Below are positions 49,137 through 57,265 of a stretch of DNA of 64,000 nucleotides, piece after piece. The notes below the pieces were generated by a model. That model was not told the DNA's origin, searched no databases, and saw only the letters and a program-made list of their open reading frames with translations. Origin of the DNA: Candidatus Krumholzibacteriales bacterium. GTDB taxonomy: Bacteria; Krumholzibacteriota; Krumholzibacteriia; Krumholzibacteriales; WJIX01. The stretch is from assembly GCA_046483305.1 (NCBI GenBank), contig JAWODM010000004.1:1-64000 (forward strand), written 5' to 3'. The stretch's first letter is position 1, and each line of letters starts with the position of its first letter. The position numbers and the translations under genes were made by a program.

Positions 49137-50663
49137 ATGGAAACAAGATTCAGAATACTGTACGAAGCTGCCGGAATTGAAAGCAGGGCTATTCCCGTCA
49201 AAACTGATTTCCCTTTCTCCGACTACCTTGAGGAAATAGCGGGAATTGATATCGACCGGAACGACAGTGAACGGATCGCTGATATCGCGGGGGAGGAAAC
49301 GGTACGCCGGAGAGCAGGCAGGCTGGCGGAATTTCTTTCCATATCCGCCGATCCTGGCAGAGATATTCTCTATATATTATCCCGGGCTGTCTCGGGAGAT
49401 AAATGGGGCATGAAACTGCTTTTCACTATCTTCCTGGCTGAGCCTTCCCCGGCAAGAGTAATCTCCGAATACTCTGGTTTTGAAAATCTCAGGCGCCTGA
49501 TGAAATATATCGGCGAGAAGGTAGATGCGGGGCGGCAGCTCTCCGAGAGAGAACAGCTCTTAAGCAGGAAAGTTGAACTGCTTCCGATATCCCATCCCCT
49601 TCCGGGATCCGGCTCGGATGAAAATTCCTGGGAAGGCTGGAAGAAGGGTGTAAGCAGGGCAATGTCGGACCCGGATAATAATTGGGAAGATCAGTTGAGG
49701 GAAAGAATATATGCTGAACTTGAGGCCAGACTGATAAGGGTAAACAGAATTTTTTCGGAGATTGATTCTTCAGCTCACCGGAATCTGGCTGCCGCGCTGG
49801 TTAACATGAGGGAAAAGGCGAGCTGGACCCTGGAATCAATGAGGGACGCTCCGCATATATCGGCAGATTCGACTTTATACATTAAAAGCGGGCTTTCCGG
49901 CCACTGGAAGAATACTTTGAAAAGCCTGGAGAAAAGAGCGGCAGGCAGGATTGTGAAAAGTATGTTCGAGGCGCAGGAGAAAAAAGTTCATTCCTACCCT
50001 GGCCTTCAGGCCGGAACGGCGGTGGTAAGGGCAGTTCTGAATCATCCCCAGGTATCATCATACTGGAAGCCGGATATATTAAGTTCTCTGCAAATCTTTC
50101 TTGAATCGTCGGGAAGAGACAGGCTGGAGTTCGTCTTTCCCTCATCGAGAGTAGATGCCGCTCTCTTCAGGCTTCAGGGGTTCAGACTGGAGGGAAATAT
50201 ACTTACCGTTGAATTCAACAGGATCTCCAGAACTCAGTTTCTGGACACAGAGGGTATCCCTCTGGAATTCGACTGGGGAGTTACCATAGAAAAAGGTTCA
50301 GGAGATGATTATAAGTTTATGATATTATCAAACCTGGATAATGCTTCATTGCTGAAACATATACTGGAAAACCCCAAACTTGCTTCCAAACCGGGAGTAG
50401 TGTCCCTGATTTCACTGAGTTGCAAATCAGCTGACGTCCTGACCAGGATAGCCACCCGGAGGGATCTGTATACCGGTTTTGCCAATAAGGATGTTCCGCG
50501 CAATCTGCTTATGAACCCGGCGAGGATTCCTCTGACCGCTCTCAGGAAGTTCATCCATGTCAGGTATATAGATAAAATGACCCTGCGCCATATGGCTAAC
50601 AAGGGAGGCCAGGTAAGAGAAGAGATCCGCAGGGAAATAGAAAAGTATCTTAATTCTCAGTAA
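49137..50663 (+). CDS. hypothetical cytoplasmic, mostly helical protein
   Basis: 508-aa ORF in line with its neighbours; no recognised motif. Confidence 0.65.
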   Translation: METRFRILYEAAGIESRAIPVKTDFPFSDYLEEIAGIDIDRNDSERIADIAGEETVRRRAGRLAEFLSISADPGRDILYILSRAVSGDKWGMKLLFTIFLAEPSPARVISEYSGFENLRRLMKYIGEKVDAGRQLSEREQLLSRKVELLPISHPLPGSGSDENSWEGWKKGVSRAMSDPDNNWEDQLRERIYAELEARLIRVNRIFSEIDSSAHRNLAAALVNMREKASWTLESMRDAPHISADSTLYIKSGLSGHWKNTLKSLEKRAAGRIVKSMFEAQEKKVHSYPGLQAGTAVVRAVLNHPQVSSYWKPDILSSLQIFLESSGRDRLEFVFPSSRVDAALFRLQGFRLEGNILTVEFNRISRTQFLDTEGIPLEFDWGVTIEKGSGDDYKFMILSNLDNASLLKHILENPKLASKPGVVSLISLSCKSADVLTRIATRRDLYTGFANKDVPRNLLMNPARIPLTALRKFIHVRYIDKMTLRHMANKGGQVREEIRREIEKYLNSQ

Positions 50664-50730
50664 AAACAGAATATCCCGCCGCAAAAATCACTTTGAATAT
50701 ACCGGCCCGGATGCTACATTATTACTGAAG

Positions 50731-50759
50731 TTGACAATTTTATTTCAGTTAGTTAGTAT
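50731..50759 (+). promoter_or_regulatory. sigma70 promoter overlapped by an inverted repeat
   Basis: TTGACA, 17 nt, TAGTAT. ACTGAA (50724-50729) and TTCAGT (50744-50749) flank the -35. Confidence 0.7.
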
Positions 50760-50807
50760 AGTCCGGCAATTTAATATGTTTTAATGACCTTTGAGATTGG
50801 AGGGAGT

Positions 50808-51959
50808 ATGCTGGCAGAGAGAATGAGCCGTCTCGGTACAGAGACAGCATTTGAAGTGCTCCAGAAGGCTAACCAGATGGAAGCGGAAGGACGGGAAGTC
50901 ATTCACCTGGAGATAGGGGAACCTGATTTCGATACCCCCGGGAATATTATTGACGCCGCTATTAAAGCTCTGAAAGAAGGCTATACTCATTACGGCCCTT
51001 CCGCCGGGATGCTGAAGACCAGGGAGGTCTTTGCTGAGTTTATAAGTTCCGACCGCGGAGTTGAAGTGGGTCCTGATAATATCGTAGTTACCCCCGGCGC
51101 CAAGCCGATTCTTTTCTTTTCCATTCTTGCCCTGGTCGATAAGGGCGACGAAGTTATATATCCCAATCCCGGATTCCCCATCTATGAATCGGTGATAAAT
51201 TTCATGGGAGGCAAACCTGTCCCTATCCAGCTCAGGGAGGAAAAGGAGTTTTCCTTTGACCTGGAAGATATGAAAAAGCTGGTCAATGACAAGACCAAGC
51301 TGATTATAATAAACTCGCCCCACAATCCTACCGGGGGATCGCTGAGGCCCGAGGATATGAAGGGTATTGCTGAACTGGCCAACAAATACGATGCCTGGAT
51401 CCTCAGTGATGAGGTTTACAGCAAGATGGTATACGATGGCGAGCATGTGAGTATTTATGATTATCCCGAAGCTATGGACCGTACAATTCTCCTGGAGGGC
51501 CACTCCAAGACTTACGCAATGACGGGATGGAGGCTCGGTTACGGGGTAATGCCTGAAAAGCTGGCTTCACAGATCGCCAAGATTCAGACCAACAGCAATT
51601 CCTGCACGAACAGTTTCGTGCAGATGGCGGGTATCGAGGCCATAACCGGGCCTCAGGATGAGTCCAGGAAGATGATGGCTGAGTTCAAGGCCAGGCGGGA
51701 TATGTTCGTGGATGGATTGAATAAGCTTCCCGGATTTTCATGCCTGAAACCAAAGGGAGCATTTTATGTGTTTCCAAATATAACGGGGACAGGCAAGAAA
51801 TCGAAGGAGCTGGAAGAATACCTGCTTAATGAGGCGGGTGTGGCTGGCCTGAGTGGAACCAGCTTCGGGAAATATGGCGAGGGGTACCTGAGATTTTCCT
51901 ACGCCAACTCACAGAAGAACCTGAAAAGGGCTCTGGAACTGATACAGGAAGTACTTTAA
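50808..51959 (+). CDS. PLP-dependent class I/II aminotransferase (aspartate aminotransferase-like)
   Basis: LEIGEPDFDTP, NSPHNPTG, SDEVY, SKTYAMTGWRLGY, GYLRFSYA. GGAG SD before ATG 50808. Confidence 0.92.
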   Translation: MLAERMSRLGTETAFEVLQKANQMEAEGREVIHLEIGEPDFDTPGNIIDAAIKALKEGYTHYGPSAGMLKTREVFAEFISSDRGVEVGPDNIVVTPGAKPILFFSILALVDKGDEVIYPNPGFPIYESVINFMGGKPVPIQLREEKEFSFDLEDMKKLVNDKTKLIIINSPHNPTGGSLRPEDMKGIAELANKYDAWILSDEVYSKMVYDGEHVSIYDYPEAMDRTILLEGHSKTYAMTGWRLGYGVMPEKLASQIAKIQTNSNSCTNSFVQMAGIEAITGPQDESRKMMAEFKARRDMFVDGLNKLPGFSCLKPKGAFYVFPNITGTGKKSKELEEYLLNEAGVAGLSGTSFGKYGEGYLRFSYANSQKNLKRALELIQEVL

Positions 51960-52012
51960 GCCGCCTCTTTCCGCGGCCGCTCAGGTAGTAACAGATTATT
52001 TCGGAGGTTTCC

Positions 52013-52960
52013 TTGAATCGTAAAATAGATGTTATTGCTCTCGGCGGGAATGCGATCATTCCCGCCGGGGGGGATGGCACAATCGAAGAGCAACGTGAAG
52101 TTACCCGGGAAACCATGAGACAGGTAGCCGCTTTGATTAAGGAAGGCAGAAAGGTTATTCTGACCCATGGGAATGGTCCTATCGTGGGTAATATCATTGA
52201 GCGAAACGATGCTGTCAGCGATCGTATCCCCCCGATGCCGATAGATGTCTGCGGAGCGGATTCCCAGGGCGGCATAGGCTACATGATACAGCAGATTCTG
52301 GGCAATCAGCTCAGAAGCCTGGGGATTGACAGGGAGATAGTTTCCCTGGTATCGCAGGTCAGGGTGGACGGAAATGACGATGCTTTTCAGAATCCCACCA
52401 AACCGATCGGGCCTTTCTACTCGGGAGAAGAAAAAGACAGGATAGTGAAAAAAAAGAACTGGATGATGAGGGAAGATGTGGATGGACGTGGATTCAGAAG
52501 AGTGGTTCCCAGCCCTACCCCGCTGGAGATAATAGAAGCCGGAGTTATTTCGAAACTCCTGGAAATGGATGTGATAGTGATCGCGGTGGGCGGAGGGGGC
52601 ATTCCGGTGATAAGGGATAATGGTGTTTTGAGAGGTGTGGAGGCGGTTATTGACAAGGATAGGGCAGCATCCGTACTGGCTGAAGAGATTGGAGCGGACC
52701 GGCTTATAATACTTACCAACGTGGATTTTGTCTATGCCGATTACGGTAAGGACAGCCAGAAAGCTCTGAGGAGTATCTCCGCCGGGGAGCTGAGGAAACG
52801 TTACCGTAATTATGAGTTCCCGGCCGGAAGTATGGGCCCTAAGGTAAGGGCAGCCCTCGATTTCATTGAGAGCGGCGGCGGGAATGCGGTGATTGCGAAT
52901 GTTACCGACCTGCTGGAAGCCTGCCGTTCTGAGAAGGGGACCAGTATCTACCCCGGATGA
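52013..52960 (+). CDS. arcC: carbamate kinase
   Basis: IALGGNA, THGNGP, AFQNPTKPIGPFY, RRVVPSP, GGGGIPV, EAVIDKD, GSMGPKV. GGAGG SD with TTG start. Confidence 0.95.
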   Translation: MNRKIDVIALGGNAIIPAGGDGTIEEQREVTRETMRQVAALIKEGRKVILTHGNGPIVGNIIERNDAVSDRIPPMPIDVCGADSQGGIGYMIQQILGNQLRSLGIDREIVSLVSQVRVDGNDDAFQNPTKPIGPFYSGEEKDRIVKKKNWMMREDVDGRGFRRVVPSPTPLEIIEAGVISKLLEMDVIVIAVGGGGIPVIRDNGVLRGVEAVIDKDRAASVLAEEIGADRLIILTNVDFVYADYGKDSQKALRSISAGELRKRYRNYEFPAGSMGPKVRAALDFIESGGGNAVIANVTDLLEACRSEKGTSIYPG

Positions 52961-53018
52961 GAGGCCGGCGGTAACTGTCTTCAATACGATTTTTGTTGAG
53001 CAGGGCCCTGGAGCAGAC

Positions 53019-54257
53019 GTGCCGAAAATCGATCTTCCCTATAAATCCGGCCACCTTGGAATAAATATAGATGGAAGCTTTTATGAGCCCTCCTGTAAAC
53101 TTCCTTCGCCGCTGTCAGATATCGCCGGGGCGCTCGAGGTTTCAGTGAATTCACCGGTCTCCTCTCCTCCTCTGAAGGATGTTATTCCCGGCCGCGGCAG
53201 GATATCCATACTGGTTCCGGACATGACCAGGGGAAGTTCCGTGAAAAAGATCCTTCCCCACATTATGGATCTCCTCGCAAGCTCCGGGGTAAGGCCGGAA
53301 AGGATAGAGATCCTGGTGGCTAACGGGACCCACCGGATAGAAACAGAGCGGGAATTAACCGAACATCTGGGAGGAGAGATAACAGAAAAGTTCAGGATAT
53401 ATCAGCACCGGCCGGATGACCCGGAAAGCCATATCCGGGTGGGAGCCACCCCCGCGAACAGCGACCTTTACCTTGACAGGCGGATGGCCGGATCGAGCCT
53501 GATATTGCCCGTAAGCTCCGTCTCATTCCATTATTTCGCGGGTTTCGGAGGGGGAAGAAAGATGATTATGCCCGGTATGGCCGACCGGGTTTCGATCCTG
53601 CGTAATCACAGGCTCTCCCTGAAGAAAAATCCTGACGAAGGGTTGTCGGAAGGATGCCGGGCCGGAAATCTGGGGGGAAATCCGGTTCATCGGGATATGG
53701 TATCCGCAGTCAAACTGCTTAAAACGAGAATATTCATGATAAACCTGGTTGCCGATCCCGCCGGAAATATATTATTCATCAATTCGGGTGACATCTTCGA
53801 ATCACACCGCAGGGCCTGTGAATATCTGACCGGCAGATTTACCATCAGACTGGACAGGAGATTCTCTGTGGTGGCGGTATCATGCGGAGGGTCTCCGAAA
53901 GACATTAATCTGCTTCAGGTGCATAAAACGCTGCGTTACGCTTCGGCAGCCGCTGAAAAGGGGGCGGATATATACTGCATTGCCGCCTGCTATGAAGGGA
54001 TAGGATCGTCCACTTACCGGGAGGCGGCGGCGCTGGTCAGCTTCCGTGAAGAGGATTATACCCTGAATACCCAGACCGCCGTTTCCACTCGCCAGCTCAC
54101 TTCTCAATACAATATTTTCCTTCAATCGGAGCTGGATGAACGCACGGTGAGAAGATTCGGCTTTCAGCCATGGAAAAGCGGGAAGATAATTTCAGGGGGA
54201 GGCAATTTGCTGGTATTAAGAGACGGTTCATACTTTCTGCCAGAGCCGGGGTCCTGA
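53019..54257 (+). CDS. larA: LarA-family (DUF2088) nickel-pincer-dependent racemase/epimerase
   Basis: PDMTR, ANGTHR, FHYFAGFGGGRKMIMPG, NH, GNPVHRDM, GGSPKDINLLQ. Likely GTG start at 53019 after GGAG. Substrate not determinable. Confidence 0.8.
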   Translation: MPKIDLPYKSGHLGINIDGSFYEPSCKLPSPLSDIAGALEVSVNSPVSSPPLKDVIPGRGRISILVPDMTRGSSVKKILPHIMDLLASSGVRPERIEILVANGTHRIETERELTEHLGGEITEKFRIYQHRPDDPESHIRVGATPANSDLYLDRRMAGSSLILPVSSVSFHYFAGFGGGRKMIMPGMADRVSILRNHRLSLKKNPDEGLSEGCRAGNLGGNPVHRDMVSAVKLLKTRIFMINLVADPAGNILFINSGDIFESHRRACEYLTGRFTIRLDRRFSVVAVSCGGSPKDINLLQVHKTLRYASAAAEKGADIYCIAACYEGIGSSTYREAAALVSFREEDYTLNTQTAVSTRQLTSQYNIFLQSELDERTVRRFGFQPWKSGKIISGGGNLLVLRDGSYFLPEPGS

Positions 54258-54429
54258 ATCCGGAAAGATACGAATTCGAAAACAGCAGGTAAATACACCC
54301 GAAGTTTACATATTCCGTTGACAGGCTTTGCCGAAAATGCGCCGGAACAGAAATATCTTAAAACAGAAATATATTTATGTTAATTTCGAATAGTCGAATG
54401 GAAAGTCAAAAAAACAGGAAGGAAAAAAT

Positions 54430-55695
54430 ATGAAGGTTCTGGTGATCGGTTCCGGCGGGCGGGAACACGCCCTGGCCTGGAAATTGAATCAGTCTGAAGA
54501 TGTAGACAGGATATTCGCCGCACCGGGCAACGCCGGCATGGATGATCTGGCTGAGAGGATAGAAATTAATGCCGGGGATATAGATCGGCTGAAGGAATTC
54601 GCGCTGGAGAAGGAGATAGACCTTACCGTGGTTGGTCCTGAAGCGCCCCTGGTGACGGGGATAGCGGACCGGTTTTCCGAAGCGGGAATAAGAATATTCG
54701 GATTCGGAGCGTCCGGTTCAAGGCTGGAGGGTAGTAAGGTATGGGCGAAGAATTTCATGAAGAGAAACCGTATACCGACCGGAGATTACCATGTGTTCGA
54801 CAGTTACGCGGAAGCGGAAGAATATATTGAAGCGGGCCGGCCTCCATTTGTATTAAAGGCGGACGGGCTTGCCGCCGGAAAAGGTGTGATAATCTCCCAT
54901 CGGAAGGAAGATGCGAAAGAGGCGGCGGAGCGGATGATGAAAAGAAAGGTTTTTGGAGAGGCGGGGGCGAATATCGTTATCGAGGAATTTCTGGCCGGTC
55001 AGGAGATATCGATACTGGCTGTGTTTGACGGCAGGGACTACCGGCTTTTCAGCCCCTCTCAGGACCATAAGAGAGCGTACGACGGAGACCGGGGACCCAA
55101 CACCGGAGGGATGGGAGCTTATGCTCCAGTGCCTTTTTTCGGACCGGAAATCAGAGAAAAAGTGATAAGTAAGATAATTGAGCCCACCTTCGGGGGGATA
55201 ACATCGGAGAAGCTGGTCAAGGGAGCGGGAGTGCTCTATTTCGGCCTGATAATAGACGAAGGGGAGCCCAGAGTTCTCGAGTATAACTGCAGATTCGGCG
55301 ACCCCGAGACCCAGGTTGTACTCCCTCTCTTCGAGGGGGATCTTTTCCAGGTGATGTTTCAGGCCGCGGAGGGAAATCTAAGCTCGGCGGATTTCTCTAA
55401 CAGCGATGAGGCTGCCTCCTGCGTAGTCCTCGCCTCAGGAGGGTATCCGGTATCGTACGAAAAAGGGTTCCCGATCAGCGGGATTGAAGATGCCGGGAAG
55501 TCAGGCTGTGTTGTATTTCATGCCGGAACGGCCAGAAAAAACGGCGATCTGGTGACCGCGGGGGGACGGGTTCTGGGAGTAACCGGTGTGGCCGGGAACC
55601 TGGAGAATTCACTGAAGAAAGCCTATCGGGGTATTGATAAAATCAGTTTCAAGGATTCTTTTTTCAGGAGCGATATAGGGAAAAAGGCTATATAA
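54430..55695 (+). CDS. purD: phosphoribosylamine--glycine ligase
   Basis: MKVLVIGSGGREHALAW, KADGLAAGKGV, QDHKR, GPNTGGMGAY, EYNCRFGDPETQ. Confidence 0.98.
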   Translation: MKVLVIGSGGREHALAWKLNQSEDVDRIFAAPGNAGMDDLAERIEINAGDIDRLKEFALEKEIDLTVVGPEAPLVTGIADRFSEAGIRIFGFGASGSRLEGSKVWAKNFMKRNRIPTGDYHVFDSYAEAEEYIEAGRPPFVLKADGLAAGKGVIISHRKEDAKEAAERMMKRKVFGEAGANIVIEEFLAGQEISILAVFDGRDYRLFSPSQDHKRAYDGDRGPNTGGMGAYAPVPFFGPEIREKVISKIIEPTFGGITSEKLVKGAGVLYFGLIIDEGEPRVLEYNCRFGDPETQVVLPLFEGDLFQVMFQAAEGNLSSADFSNSDEAASCVVLASGGYPVSYEKGFPISGIEDAGKSGCVVFHAGTARKNGDLVTAGGRVLGVTGVAGNLENSLKKAYRGIDKISFKDSFFRSDIGKKAI

Positions 55696-55739
55696 CAGAA
55701 CAGAGAAACGTCCCCCAACGTAAAGTAGAAGGAGAAAAT

Positions 55740-56204
55740 ATGAAAGAGGAGATTCAGGTAGCGGTATTAATCGGAAGCAACTCCGACCGGGAGGTAATCG
55801 AACCATGTATGAGCAAGCTTGAGGAACTGGGACTGAAAGGCGAGCTGGTGGTGAGATCGGCGCACCGGATGCCGGAGAAAACCAGAAAGTACGTTGAGGA
55901 TGCTGCTGCCAGAGGAGCCAGTGTATTTATCGCGGGAGCTGGTATGGCTGCCGCTCTGCCCGGCTATGTTGCATCCATAACCGAAAAGCCCGTAATAGGG
56001 GTTCCGGTGCCTACCGGTATGCCTGACGGGATGGACGCGCTTCTGGCCATGGTCCAGATGCCTCCGGGAATTCCGGTAGCCACAGTCGCAGTGGGAAGGG
56101 CTGGCGCGAAGAATGCGGCGGTACTGGCCGCCGAAATTATAGCTCTCCATGATGAAAAGGTCAGAGAAAAACTCAAGTCGATGAGGGAAGAATGGAGAAA
56201 GTAA
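55740..56204 (+). CDS. purE: N5-CAIR mutase / AIR carboxylase
   Basis: GSNSD, SAHRMPE, PVIGVP, DALLAMVQMPPGIPVATV, GAKNAA. Confidence 0.95.
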   Translation: MKEEIQVAVLIGSNSDREVIEPCMSKLEELGLKGELVVRSAHRMPEKTRKYVEDAAARGASVFIAGAGMAAALPGYVASITEKPVIGVPVPTGMPDGMDALLAMVQMPPGIPVATVAVGRAGAKNAAVLAAEIIALHDEKVREKLKSMREEWRK

Positions 56205-56818
56205 TAGAGGGAAGGGCCGGTACAATAGATATCTCGGAGGCCGCTGCTGTTGTAAGGTCGGGGGGAGTGGCGGTATTACCCACCGATACGATTTACGGCC
56301 TTCATGCCGACGCAGGAAATAAAAGAGCCATAGAGAGAGTTATAAAGATAAAAGGCAAAGGAGATGCCCCGGTTTTCGTGCTTCTTGCTTCCGGGATGGA
56401 TATGGCCGGGCTGGTGGTATCTTCATGGAAGCACAATTCCAGAGGGTTACTCAGCTCGGTATGGCCCGCGCCACTGACAGCCTTACTGCCGGCAGCCGAT
56501 GATTTGAACAGATATGCCCGTCAACAGGGAAAAGTCGCGTTACGCGTACCTGATTATCCCTGGTTGAGAAATTTGATTCAAATGATCGGATACCCGATAA
56601 TTTCCACTAGCGTCAATAGAAGCGGAGAGCGGCCGCTGAGCGGTTTCCGGGAGATAAGGCAGAGTTTCGATTTCCTGGACCTGTATGTCAGGGGAAATGA
56701 AGAGAGCCGCGGGGAGCCGTCCACAATTATCGATTTTACGTCCAAGCCGCCGCTGCTGATCAGAAGGGGGGCGTTCGACCCTCCATTCGAAACCATTAAA
56801 GAAAAAGATAATCCCTGA
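56192..56818 (+). CDS. tsaC: L-threonylcarbamoyladenylate synthase (TsaC/YrdC)
   Basis: GGVAVLPTDTIYGL, WPAPLT, VALRVP, ISTSVNRSG, PSTIID, IRRG. Confidence 0.9.
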   Translation: MEKVIEGRAGTIDISEAAAVVRSGGVAVLPTDTIYGLHADAGNKRAIERVIKIKGKGDAPVFVLLASGMDMAGLVVSSWKHNSRGLLSSVWPAPLTALLPAADDLNRYARQQGKVALRVPDYPWLRNLIQMIGYPIISTSVNRSGERPLSGFREIRQSFDFLDLYVRGNEESRGEPSTIIDFTSKPPLLIRRGAFDPPFETIKEKDNP

Positions 56819-57072
56819 ATGAGATGTCAGATTACATCAGTTCGGGCGGCTGATCGGAAAAGGTGTAAACGTCAGAAATATCCCTGCTGTATATCAGGGA
56901 TGAGCCGGACATATCTCACTGCCGGCTGCAGGGTCCTCCGCCGGGAGGCGATACTATCATCAGAATTCTGATAATTCCCGAAACCGGGGAGATCAATATC
57001 CCCGGTGAGCCTGGAGAATGATCCTGATATCAGGCAACGCAGTTTCAGCATCAGGCGGTTCATTTCTTCTCC

Positions 57073-57098
57073 GGGCTTTTTCCTTCCAGGGAAAGCCC
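57073..57098. terminator. hairpin, possible terminator or mRNA-stability element
   Basis: GGGCTTTTTCC / GGGAAAGCCC in the tsaC-peptidase gap; no clear U-tract. Confidence 0.3.
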
Positions 57099-57265
57099 TG
57101 GCGGTCGTAAGATCCGATTTAATAATAAAATATACACCCCGAATATGTTATAATATATAAAGATAATTGATGTCCGACCTCTAATGATCCCGGGTAAGGG
57201 TAAAATCGGATGAGGGCTTTCCATAGTGGAGAAGGTTATCATTAATATCAGCATGGAGAAATAAA

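Noticed and set aside
51956..52984. 342-aa minus-strand ORF
   Set aside because: Antisense mirror of arcC.
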